From NCBI RefSeq assembly GCF_036321535.1, contig NC_087447.1, positions 43,216,001 through 43,280,000 on the forward strand: a DNA stretch of 64,000 nucleotides. The letters are read 5' to 3'. The notes under the pieces are model-generated. The model searched no databases and was not told where the DNA came from. It worked only from the letters and a program-made list of their open reading frames with translations. The DNA is from Camelus dromedarius (lineage: Eukaryota). The position numbers were made by a program, and so were the translations under genes. Below, piece by piece: positions 13,906 to 24,504 of this stretch; the stretch's first letter is position 1, and every line of letters starts with the position of its first letter.

Positions 13906-13910
13906 CTTTT

Positions 13911-14375
13911 TTGGAATATTATTCAGCCATAAAAAAAGAAATTATGCCATTTGCAGCAACATGGATGGACTTAGAGATGATCATATTAAGTAAACTAAGT
14001 CAGACAAAGGCAAATATTATATGGTATCACTTATATGTGGAACCTTTAAAAAGATACAAATTTTGTTTACAAACCAGAAATAGACTCATGGACATAGAAA
14101 ACAAACTATGGTTACCAAAGGGGAAAGGGGGGGAGGGATAAATTATGAGTTTGGTATTAACATATACAAATTACTATATATAAAATAAACAACTAGGACC
14201 TACTGTATAGCGCAGGGAACTATATTCAATTTCTTGTAATAAGCTGTACTGGAAAAGAATCTGAAAATGTATGTATATATGCATACGTATATGTATAATT
14301 GAATTGCTTTGCTGTATATCTGAAACTAACATTGTAAATCAACTACACTTCAATAAAAAATAAAATTAAAAAAAG
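13911..14375 (+). mobile_element. LINE-1 3' end
   Basis: EYYSAIKKEIMPFAATWMDLE; G-rich 3' UTR tract; ends caataaaaaataaaattaaaaaaa. Confidence 0.88.
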
Positions 14376-15946
14376 AGGTGATAGTACCTTGCTCCAAGTG
14401 AGGAACAGTCCCCTCCCTTATTCCCTAAAACCAATGGCATAGCACATGGTGTGTCACAGACTTTTCTAAAGGCTTGTAGAAATCATAAGAGGAACACAGT
14501 GCAGGAGGAAAACCTGGATATAACTGTACTAAAGCCATAGCCCATCATGCATCGCCCATCCTAGGTAGCTCTTTCCTAAATTACTCTTTATTAGGCCAAG
14601 CTCCTCTACAAATCATCAAACTTCAAACCCTTCCTCTCTTCTCCAGACCCCAGGCTGTCAAATTCCTGTCTCTGGGCCACCAGAAGGAGTCCCAAATTTT
14701 ACAGTAGTATAACAACCTCTCATTGAAGGAAAGCACCACTTGAATTTATCCTGAAAAGCCCCTTAGTCCACATTGTCTCATCTCAGTCCAGATGACCCTC
14801 TGAGCCTTGCCTTTGCCTAACCAGAAGATTCATGGAAGCATTTTCCCTCTGCCAAAATCAACTCTTCCCAAGATCAAGTCTTCACCCATACCTAGAATGC
14901 AGAAACATCTGCTGGCAACTTTTCTAAAAATGGCAAGATTTTACTTCTATGATGCTTGATACAATTAAAGACTATTATGTGTGATGGAAAACATAAATCA
15001 GCAGTCACATTACTGAAATGCTTTAATGTCTCCTAAAATCAGAAGGAGAAAAGAAATTTTAGGTGGAAAATGCCTTAAAATATAATATAAACATATTTGT
15101 CTTTATACCACTGCAGTCATAAAATAAAATGTTGAATATGTTTTTTGGGGATTGAGGCCCATGACAGTCCTTCTGTGACCCTGCAGCCAGTCAGAGCTGC
15201 CGTGACTTGAATGTGACTGAGTGTTCATGTTGAGCAGTTTGTCTAAGCCACTCAGACTGCATAAAAAAAATTGGAGCAAAACCAATGTGACCCTTAAGCA
15301 AAATAGAACAATATTTAATTGCTCATTGTTAGTGATCAATAAGATGACAGTAAAGCTATACAAATTGATTACATAAATATCTCCCAGTGAGAGAGAAAGT
15401 GGGCATCAATCCAATCAAGTTATGAAAAAGGACAAAAAGGAGGAAAATAGCTAGAACTAAACTGACTTCTTTACGACTCTTTCCTAGGCTCCAGGTCCTT
15501 GATCCATAGCCCTTTCTGGAAGCAGGCTAGACATTGAATAATAACTATATGCACTTAATAATAGTAGCAGTGATGGTGGTAGTATTTAATCTGAGGCAAG
15601 CTCTATTCTAACTGCTTTGCATACAAACTCACTTACTCGTTGCAAGAGTCATGATACTTTCAGTTGCAAGATATAAAAATCCAACTCAAGCATGCTTAAC
15701 ACACACCAAAAAAGTGGGAGGAAAGTATTGGTTCACATGGCTGGGAAGGGCTTATGGCAGCTCAAGGAATCAGAGGAGGAGCAGGAGCAAGGAGAGTCTT
15801 GGGGGTGGAACTAGGATTCAACACCATCAGACTCACTCTCCATCCACCCCATTTCTGCTTGTTTCTTCTGGCTTTGCTCTTCTCCTTCTGCCATGCCTAT
15901 TCCACATGGTGGAGAAACAGTTACTTGGAAAACCCAATCTTGCATC

Positions 15947-16400
15947 TGTCTTAGTTGGGCTCCCCCAAAGCAAACTCCAAGGCAAGAATTTAGGCGCACT
16001 CCTCTATTTGGGAGATGATCTTAAGACGCATGATAAGGGAGTGAGGAAATGAGATAAAAAAAGGAGAGGAAGCTCCCAAAATGGAATGTGGATGAGTGGT
16101 TACAGCTGAAGCAAGTAGAGTCCAATCCCACTGGGATTCCTTAGAAGGAATGTGCAGAGAACCCCTCAGGTTGTCCACCCGGAGCAAGGAAGCTGAGATA
16201 TCTATCTACCAGCTCTCCTCCCTCATTGTTTGAGAGTTGCTCTGGGGATGGTAGCTCTCCAGCAGGCCTGGCTTGCTCCCCAAGCCAGAGAATGGTCTTA
16301 TGCAGAGAGACACAGGACCCTAAATTGTGTATCAGAACTGTCACCAGGTGACCTCAAAGGTGGACAAATGGGATATGGCTGGCACACCTATAACATGCAC
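15947..16400. mobile_element. LTR16-like ERVL LTR inside an older MaLR-like LTR (~15640-16560)
   Basis: Starts tgtcttagttgggctcccccaaagcaaactcc...tatttgggagatgatc, resembling the LTR16 family as I recall it. Confidence 0.5.
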
Positions 16401-18375
16401 TACAACTCCCTCCGTGGTGCTTCTGGGCACCATGGCCCCCAGAGCAGCGTGGGCTGCTTCTCTTCCAGCTCTAGTACCAGCAAGCTCTGTGAGGAGCCTG
16501 ATCTAGCAGGCTTAGGTCACGTGCCTACTGTGGACCAATCATGAGTCCAGGGAAGCGGAGGGCTGCTTCCTAGGCTGAGGAGTAGCTTCAACTGTTGGCT
16601 TGGTCCTTTCCTCCACCCTCTCTAGCTAGTAAAAGCCATATTCACCACATAAGGTCTGAGTTGTAAAAAGGAAAAAGGCACTAACACGAAACTGCCTGGT
16701 TCTCCAGTTTTCACCAGCTTGATCTCCCAATAGAAAGAAAACAGTCATTATCCAAAAGCCAATTGTCATTCTGCCTCTTTAGAAAAATTCCCATTAAAGA
16801 TAAAGCAAATTTTAATTAGATTAAGTATCCAATTACTGTAATTACATTTTTTAAAAATTCACATCATGAAGATGACCCTTTTAAAAAGGGTTACAGGAAT
16901 AATTAGTGTATTCATATTAACTAAAATATATTGGATAATATTTATACCCAGAAGACAAAGTACATTACACACATTTCACCTTTGGGGAAAGCTTGCAAAT
17001 GTTTTGGCAGTGGCATGAATATTTATAGGCAGGAGTGTGCTTTAGCAAGATTATGTGAGGAAGCATTTAAATGCTCACCAATTTTTACCCAGGGGTAAAG
17101 TATACAGAAAATGTAGTGCAGAGATTATGGGTATGCAAAGTGTGACTTAAGCAGGGAATTGCTATCAGTTTGCTTAATTAATTGGAGCCAAAGACTATTT
17201 CTTCTCATTGAAGGCGGAAAGGCCCAAGGTATCCAACTGTGACTTCTCTGTGCTCTGTGCTCGATGGGGTCAGGGGCCAGTGAGGAGCATTGGTGGCAAA
17301 GTGGTGAGGACATTTTCACCTCCACCTCTCACCACCAAGAAGCTTGGGTCCTCGTATTCTCGACTTTTGCCCACCCAGTCCTGGTTGGGTAAACCTTTAG
17401 GGAGAGGACTATCAGCCTTCTAGAGGCTTCCTCCCTATAGTTTTCCTCTGAAACCATCTTTCTGGTTCCAGGTTTCTTCCTTTTGACTTGCTTTGAGTTG
17501 CAGCTACTGCCGCTGTTTCGGTCTCACCCACGACTGCCTTCCAGGCCCCATCACATTTGCTAGCTCCGGGGAGAGATCTGGCACAGCCTCCATTTCATGG
17601 GGGAGAAAACTGGGGCTCTAGACCTTGGACCAGCTCCTAGAACCACACCACAGAACTGGCTGTTAGGGAGCACTAATGCCACTGACCCCAGGCCTGCATG
17701 GCCTCTGCTCTGCCTTCAGGAAGCTGCTTGTGGCCACCACCAACTGCAGGGACTTCCACTTCTGCTGCCACCTGTGGCCGTCCCATAAAGGCAGCCCAGG
17801 CATTGCTGTTTCCTTTCGGAGATAACTTCCAAACCAACGTCGGGCATGCGTACATCTGACTGGGGAAACAGAGTTATGTATCTGCACCCTAGTGGCCAGA
17901 AGAAATACGGTTTGGTGGATTCTACACTGAGAAAGTGAGGTTCTCAATGTGCATAACATCTGACGAAGAGATGGTATTCAAAAGATTATGGACATCCTTA
18001 TCGGCAGGTGTTTATCACATTCCCCTTATCTCTGATGGAAAATTCACCCATCTCTCAAGGCCCTGGTCCAATATACCCTCTTGTGTGTACCTGTCACATC
18101 TCCTGCCTCTTTTAGGCTTTTCATTCTGGGCTTTGGAGTCATGTGCCTTGTTCCCTGCTGCTCAGAGTTCTGAAAATTTGGGTCTTATTTCACTGCTCAC
18201 CACCATGATTCCTGTCTTTAATAATGGTCTATGACTCTGCAATGGGGTGGCCATTGTTCCTTATGGGCTCTTTAAAATTGTTTTCAGAGGCCAAGGTGCA
18301 TCCTTGGAATCTCCCCTGGGATGAAAAAGCATCAATCACAGGGGGAATTACATTTTTGGAAATAGCCAAAGTCAC

Positions 18376-18800
18376 TGTATTAGTCAGAGTTCCCCAGAGA
18401 AACAGAGCCAATTGGATGTCTGTGTATGGAGAGGGAGAGAGAGAATGAATGTTGATTTTAAGGAATTGGCGCATGTGATAATAGAGGTCCAAAATCTTTG
18501 GAGTGAGGTGGCAGGCTGGAGACCCAGTAAGAGCTGATGCTATGGTTGGTTCAAGTCTGAAGATCTCTTGCTGCAGAATTTTCTCTTACTCTGGGGACAT
18601 CAGTCTTTTGTTCTATTTAGGCCTTCAGCTGATTGGGTGAGGCCCATTTACATCATGGAGGACCAGATGTTTTACTCAAATGCCACCAATTGAAATGTTA
18701 ATCTCATCCAACATACCCTCACAGAAACATTCGGAATAATGTATCACCATATATCTGGGGACTGTGGCCCAGCCAAATTGACATAAAATTAACCATTACA
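18376..18800 (-). mobile_element. MLT2 (ERVL) solo LTR
   Basis: tgtattagtcagagttccccagagaaacaga ... gacataaaattaaccattaca; 5-bp TSD gtcac/gtcat. Confidence 0.85.
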
Positions 18801-18899
18801 GTCATTAGTGGGCACATTTGGTGGATATGGTAGAGTGACCGATGGTGGGCAAAATCAGTGACTTTTTGATATGAGATTCTTTAGGGTGATTCTTTTTTT

Positions 18900-19180
18900 C
18901 TAAATCATGTCTTTTTTAATTGAGATGTAACTGACATATTAGTTTCGGATATACAACATAATGATTCAATATTTGCATATATTGCAAATTGATCACCACA
19001 ATAAGTCTAGTTAGCACTCATTACCACTCATAATTTTTTTTCTTATGATGAGAAATTTTAAGATCTACTCTCTTGGCAACTTCCAAATATATAATAATGT
19101 ATTATTAACTATAGTCATCAAGCTGTATATAACATCCCCAGGACTGACTTATTTTATAACTGAAAGTTAGTGCCTTTGAA
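18900..19180 (-). mobile_element. LINE-1 3' UTR fragment
   Basis: ttttttaattgagatgtaactgacata ... taagatctactctcttggcaact ... ttattaactatagtca. Confidence 0.75.
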
Positions 19181-20091
19181 GGCAACTCCTCAAAAAAAAA
19201 AAAAAAACAAAAACAAAAACCTGATTGTCGATTCCTAGAAAGATGTGTAGTTGCTCAGAGCAGTGGCAGAATCAGTGTGTGTTTCTGAAACCAGCAGCCT
19301 TATACGTTAATAAGTGATTACTGTGAACCAATTCTGTGCTTAGTCATGGCATGGGGAGAAGACAATCTTATCCTCTTGGAGTTTCCACTTAGGTGAAAAG
19401 ACCCAACAAGCCCATGAGAAAAAATGGCCACAGGAATTCAGTGAAGGGAAGACTCAGCACGGGCTGGAGTGTTCAGAAGAGCTTCCTGGAAGAGGCTCAA
19501 TTTCTTTGGGCCTTGTATATTAGGGAAGATTGGCCGTGCAAGGGGAGAAGGGAAGGAAATCAGGTAAATAATTGTCCTGAGAGAGGAATAAACTGAGCTC
19601 ATGCTGGTCCAGACAGGAGGGCAGCTGGGGGCAAGAGGATGAATTATGCAGGTCCTTGAAAGGGAGACCAATGAGTTGGACCTTAATATGGCAGCCAAAA
19701 GGGAGTCATTGAAGTCTTTCAAGCAGAGGAGGGTCGAGAGCTTGGACTCAGGAATAATAGCCTTGTCTGGACAGGACCTGGGAGCCTGCAGGCAGGGAGT
19801 TCATGAGAAAGCTACTGTTTCGTGTCCATTCTTCTCCTTGGTCTTCTTTCCTCCTTGGTCTTCTTTCCTCTACTTTCTCTCCCACTCTCCCTTTCTTATT
19901 TTTAGTTCCCATTTAGAAATTCTTCCTTCAAATACCTTGTGTGAGTTCTCCTTTGTCCTCCCCCTCCTTCTTCCTTCACTTCCTCTCGTGCCTATCTTCC
20001 AGGGAGACCTCATATTTAGGAATTAATGAAACAGCTGTCAATTCAATCCTAGGAGAAGTTTACTTTATAATTATTTATAGGTAAATGCCTT

Positions 20092-20233
20092 AGAGGGAAG
20101 GGTATAGCTCAGTGGTAGAGCATGTGCTGAGTATGCAAGAGATCCTGGGTCCCAGTACCTCTATTAAAAAATAATAATAATAAAATAAATTAATAAACAA
20201 ACCTAATTACTGCCCCCCACAAAAAAGTGACTA
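20092..20233 (+). mobile_element. tRNA-derived SINE, camelid vic-1-like
   Basis: gggtatagctcagtggtagagc (A-box), AT-rich middle, aacctaattactgcccccc end; 16-bp TSD tataggtaaatgcctt (20076-91) / tataagtaaatgcctt (20234-49). Confidence 0.85.
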
Positions 20234-21949
20234 TATAAGTAAATGCCTTGAGTTATATTTCCCTTAACCTCCACTTGTCCCCTGTAAGAATTCAACTGGT
20301 GTCCAATGTTAAAGAAATTTGATGTTAGGGCTGATTTCGTGGACTGTCTTCCAAATCACCTTGATAAACATTCTGGGGCACTTCCTCACAGGCTGTCAAA
20401 TGGGAAAAGGACACAGGGAAGCTCAGATTCCTTAAATGCAGTAAATGAAGGTTCTAGCTGTTACTTTCGAAGACAGTTTCCTCATTACTGCCCCAAAGAA
20501 TTGGCAGGCATGCAGGGAGCATGGGAGGTGTAGAGAGAAGCCTGGTCTGGGAGTTGGGAGATCTGGGTTTCAATCCTGGTGCAGTCACTAATTATCAGGG
20601 TGATCCATGGCAAATCCCTTCCCCTTTGCAGACCTCAGTTTTCCTGTTGGTCCAATAACAAGACAGCTTACTAACTGATCTCTAAGGGACTCTCCAATTA
20701 TCCGTCCCTCCCCTGCTCACCTTCGGTCTTCTAGCATGGGCCCCTTGGAGGCTGTCAGTCTCAGGGGATGCTTTGTAGATTCCAGATCCTACCCAGAATG
20801 TGCTGCTTGGAAGATGCTCTTAATCTTCAGGGAGAGAACAGGGAATCCCTGACTGTCTTTAATCCTCAAAGGGAGCCCCTTTGCTAAGCTGGAGTGAATT
20901 CTGAATGAATATTTCATCACATTTCCAAACCTTCACCACACTCAAGTCCTTTCCCACCCTGCTTGTTCTCAGATAATGGCATGACCATTTCCTTTACCAA
21001 AAAGACTGTGGCAATAGCAAGTGAACCCCTCTGACTTGCTGTCCCTATGCCACTCCTTTTGTGTGTACCTGAACTCACTCCCAGGAGATTTTCCTGATTC
21101 CTCCTCCTTCCAGTTAAGCTGAGCGCCACAGAGTCCAGAATATTTCCTGCATTTTCTTGTTTCAATAACTATCTACCCCATAGGGAACCCATTTTATTCA
21201 TCAGACTCTGGAGTGCCATTTCAGGTTGTGATATACAGTAAGAATCACTAGAATGTTGATTAAATAAATGCATAAAGACAATAACGAATACTGTGGGGAT
21301 ACAGAGGAAGGAGAGGCTGACTGAAGAGGTTTCATGAGGGTAATATTTTTCAGCTGTTCTTTGAGAAGTTTTTAACAGGTGGAGATGTGTTAGGAATTTT
21401 CCAGGTAGAGGTAATAGAACAATCAAAAGACCCTTGAAAGCAAAGAAAAAGCTGGGGAAATAGCAAATGATCTAGTTTTGATGAAGCATTGATAAGGCCA
21501 GATCACGGAGGGCCGCGGGGTCATAGAACGGAGTTTGACCCTCGTTCTGAGAATAAAGAGGAGTATTCGACCGATTTTAAGCTATGGGGAGCTAAAAACG
21601 CATTAGACCTGCATTTTGGCTGCAGATGAGAAGGGATATGAGGGGCATGAGTCGAGCAGTAACTAGGAAACTGTTAGGAGTGAGCAGTGTGGTGAGCAAG
21701 GATGGAGAGAAGGGCACAACTGGAGGTTTGGCCGGTAGACCGCCCAGTGGGGCGTGGGGCAGAGGGAGGAGTTTCGGCTCGTACAAATGAGAGCGCGCAG
21801 GTGCGGTTCATCTCACCAGGCGACCGCGCGGGAGGAGCAGATCAGCCCCGCATGACGGAGTTGGAGGCGCGGGCGCCGGGCTCACGTGTCCCTCGCGCGT
21901 CGCAGTCCGTGCAGCCCTCGGTGGGGTTGGCGGAGGCCGGGGGCGCTGT

Positions 21950-21981
21950 GGTTCCGGTTCCGGTTCCGGTTCCGGTTCCGG
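21950..21981. repeat. (GGTTCC)5 hexanucleotide repeat
   Basis: Five perfect units at 21950-21979 plus GG, ending ~35 nt upstream of the RIC3 ATG. Confidence 0.97.
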
Positions 21982-22015
21982 CTGGAGCCCGCGCCTGCGG
22001 CGAGGGCGGGCGACC

Positions 22016-22139
22016 ATGGCGTACTCCACCGTGCAGAGGGTGACCCTGGCCTCGGGGCTCGTCCTGGCTGTGTCGCTGCTGCTGCCCAAGGCCTTCCTGT
22101 CCCGCGGAAAGCGGCCGGAGCCGCCGCCGGCCCCCGAAG
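22016..22139 (+). CDS. RIC3: RIC3 coding exon 1 (N-terminal hydrophobic/signal segment, Pro-rich start)
   Basis: ATG in strong Kozak context (gaccATGG) inside a CpG island. Encodes MAYSTVQRVTLASGLVLAVSLLLPKAFLSRGKRPEPPPAPE+G, recognised as the RIC3 N-terminus. Donor G|GTAAGC at 22140; 124 nt, phase 1. Confidence 0.97.
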
Positions 22140-24504
22140 GTAAGCGCGGCCCGCTTCCCCCTCCCTCAGCCGCCGAGCGAGCCCGGAGGGCGCCGCTCCA
22201 GGGACGGCGGCTTCCGGAGTCTCCATCCCTGCCGGAGAAGGCGGGCCCAGCGGCGACTGGGAGGTGCCAAACCCCACGGTTCTCTTGGCACCAGCGGGCC
22301 GCCCCCCAACCGGGTCCCTCCTGATCTTGCGCCTCAGGCCAGGCCCGGAACGCAGGCATCCAAGCCCCGGCACCTTCCAGCTGGCCTCTCACACACCGGT
22401 TGTTCATAGCCCCTTCCCCTCTCTGGCCTAACTCATTTACGCACCGTCCGTTCAGGTGCTTTGGGTTAAGAGGGCTCCCAGTTGGATTGCTCTCTTTAGG
22501 GTTTCCGTGTGCTTTCTGAATGAAATCGTCAGTTGGAATTGGTATTGTTAACCTTAATTCGTTGCGTACTTTTCAGTTTGGTGTTGGATGCTCACTGCTT
22601 CAGGCTCTTTTTGTGAATATAACTTGAAGATTTTAATAACCCGAATTTCAGTTACTGAGATGAACAAAGCTCTGCGTTCCCCTTACCTGTACAAATATTT
22701 GTTAATCCTTTGTTATTGGCATGCTGTATGTGCTGGCTAAAAATCCACCCTGTGGGTTGCATTCTAGGCCTTTTACATAATGAGTGAGTGTACGGGCAGG
22801 GATGCCAAAGGCTGGAAGCAGGAACTAGAACAATTCTCTATAGGTCGTGAAGTTCTGGTAACTTTTTCCTAGAAATTATCTGTGTAACATCCTTGAGACA
22901 TGGATTTACAGTCTCCACACTTCCACTAATAGTCAACCTGTTGATTGTTGGACAGCTCCTTTTCAGCTGAAGTTCATTTCCTTCTAATTCGTGCACGCTG
23001 GCTGTCGCTCCGCCCTCTTTTGCGCATCATAGATAATAAAGACTACAAATGCAAAGCACCAAGCTCTAGAGGTGGAGGACAGATTGAACCCAGAATTCTG
23101 TTTATAGAATTTGCTTGATAGTTTTTATGTTTGTAAAACTATCTATCTGGGAGAGACTTCTAAAAAAAAAAAACTTACATATTTGGTTTTCTTTTTTTTT
23201 TTCTGTCTTATTACAAAAACAACCTAAAAGATTTTACTCACTTTGCTTATATTGTCTGCGTTGACGAAGTCAACTCATGATGATCCTAAGCAATAAAGAT
23301 TTGTCTAGGATAGTGTTTTAACACATTGAATTTTCATTATGCTGAATTATGTTGAATAAGTTCTGTTCAATGTGAGTGCCAGACACTCTTCTGAATGTTG
23401 TATAGAAAAGAGATTAGACATGGTTCTTTCTCTTAAGAACTCAAGTTCTAATATTCGGTGTCCTCGTCTTCCAATCTGTGCACTTTGTTCTGTTTATTCC
23501 TCAAGTGTTCTTCCTTCAGCTTCCTTCCTAGCACTCAAGTTGCAGCTCAAATGTAATCTTCTTAGAGAGACTTCCCCTGATTACCCTAGCTCAAGTAACT
23601 CTTTCCTCTCTCATCATTCCTTATTCTATCATGTTATTTTATTTTCTCTGTTGCAGGCATTACTATATGGTATGACATTTTCTTGTTCGTTTACTCATTT
23701 ATTTTTTTGTCTCCACCTTCTAAATCTAAGCTCCTGAGGGCAAGCAGTTTGTCTTGTTCACCACTGTTTCTTTAGCAGTTGGCATATAATGGGCAATCAA
23801 TACTTTTACATGAATAAGATGATGAAGCTACTGATATTGTGAGTTGTTTTTTGAGTTAGTTACCAAAGTAGTATAATCGAGGCAGAAACCTACCTTAAAT
23901 GATGCATTCCAGTAACTGAAATTTGCTAACTAAAATCCCTGCCCTGGTACACTGACATTTTAAAAACAGTGAATCCTAGCCATTTTGGGGTTGTATATCA
24001 CTTTGAGAATTTGATGAAAATTATGGATTTTTCCCCAGGAGAAAATGCACATACTTTTTTATACATACATTCAGAATTTGAATGTCAGTTCAGAGAATCC
24101 ACAAAACCCAGAAACCTTTGCTTTGAAGAAAGGGACAGCCCTGATTATTTGAAAATTCTTAAAATTCATGTCATTGTAGTTTCCATTTCTGCCCACTGGA
24201 GTATGTGAGACAAGCACAGTTCCTTTCCCACATGACAGCCATTAAGATAGTCTTTTAACAAATATTTATGATGTACCTTTAACATAGTTTACATACAATG
24301 TATAAATACTACAGATTCCATGAAAAAATGAGTCAGATCTCTGCCTTGATGAAGCCACAATTTAGTAGGGAGAAACAGACATTAAATAAGTGCAAAAAGG
24401 GTCCATTGCAGGTACTTAAGTCCTTTTAGGGAATGAGAGAGACACATGTTAGAATGATCAGTTTTACTGGTGGCTCAGGAAAGGTGTCATGGAGGAGGAA
24501 AGTC

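Larger units (their letters stand above)
21690..22450 (+). promoter_or_regulatory. RIC3: CpG-island promoter of RIC3
   Basis: Sharp rise in GC and CpG density around exon 1. E-box TCACGTG at 21882-21888, GC-rich elements and tandem TTCCGG; no TATA box seen. Confidence 0.88.

Noticed and set aside
13387..14141. ORFs with similarity to a real protein
   Set aside because: These are LINE-1 ORF2 C-terminal remnants, not host genes.
17761..17780. GCCACAGGTGGCAG and similar AGGTGGC matches (~1625, ~59885, ~62650) as CTCF sites
   Set aside because: Two or more mismatches in the 5' half of the core.
20098..20160. tRNA-like sequence
   Set aside because: SINE head with a damaged B-box/T-arm, a tail and a TSD; not a tRNA gene.
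21702..22407. Overlapping ORFs on both strands in the CpG island (including PEPEPE/RNRNRN/FRFRFR repeats and a putative overlapping uORF ending at 22043)
   Set aside because: By-products of GC-rich, stop-poor DNA and the hexamer repeat. The upstream ATGs (such as 21852) are probably 5' of the TSS, which cannot be placed from sequence alone.
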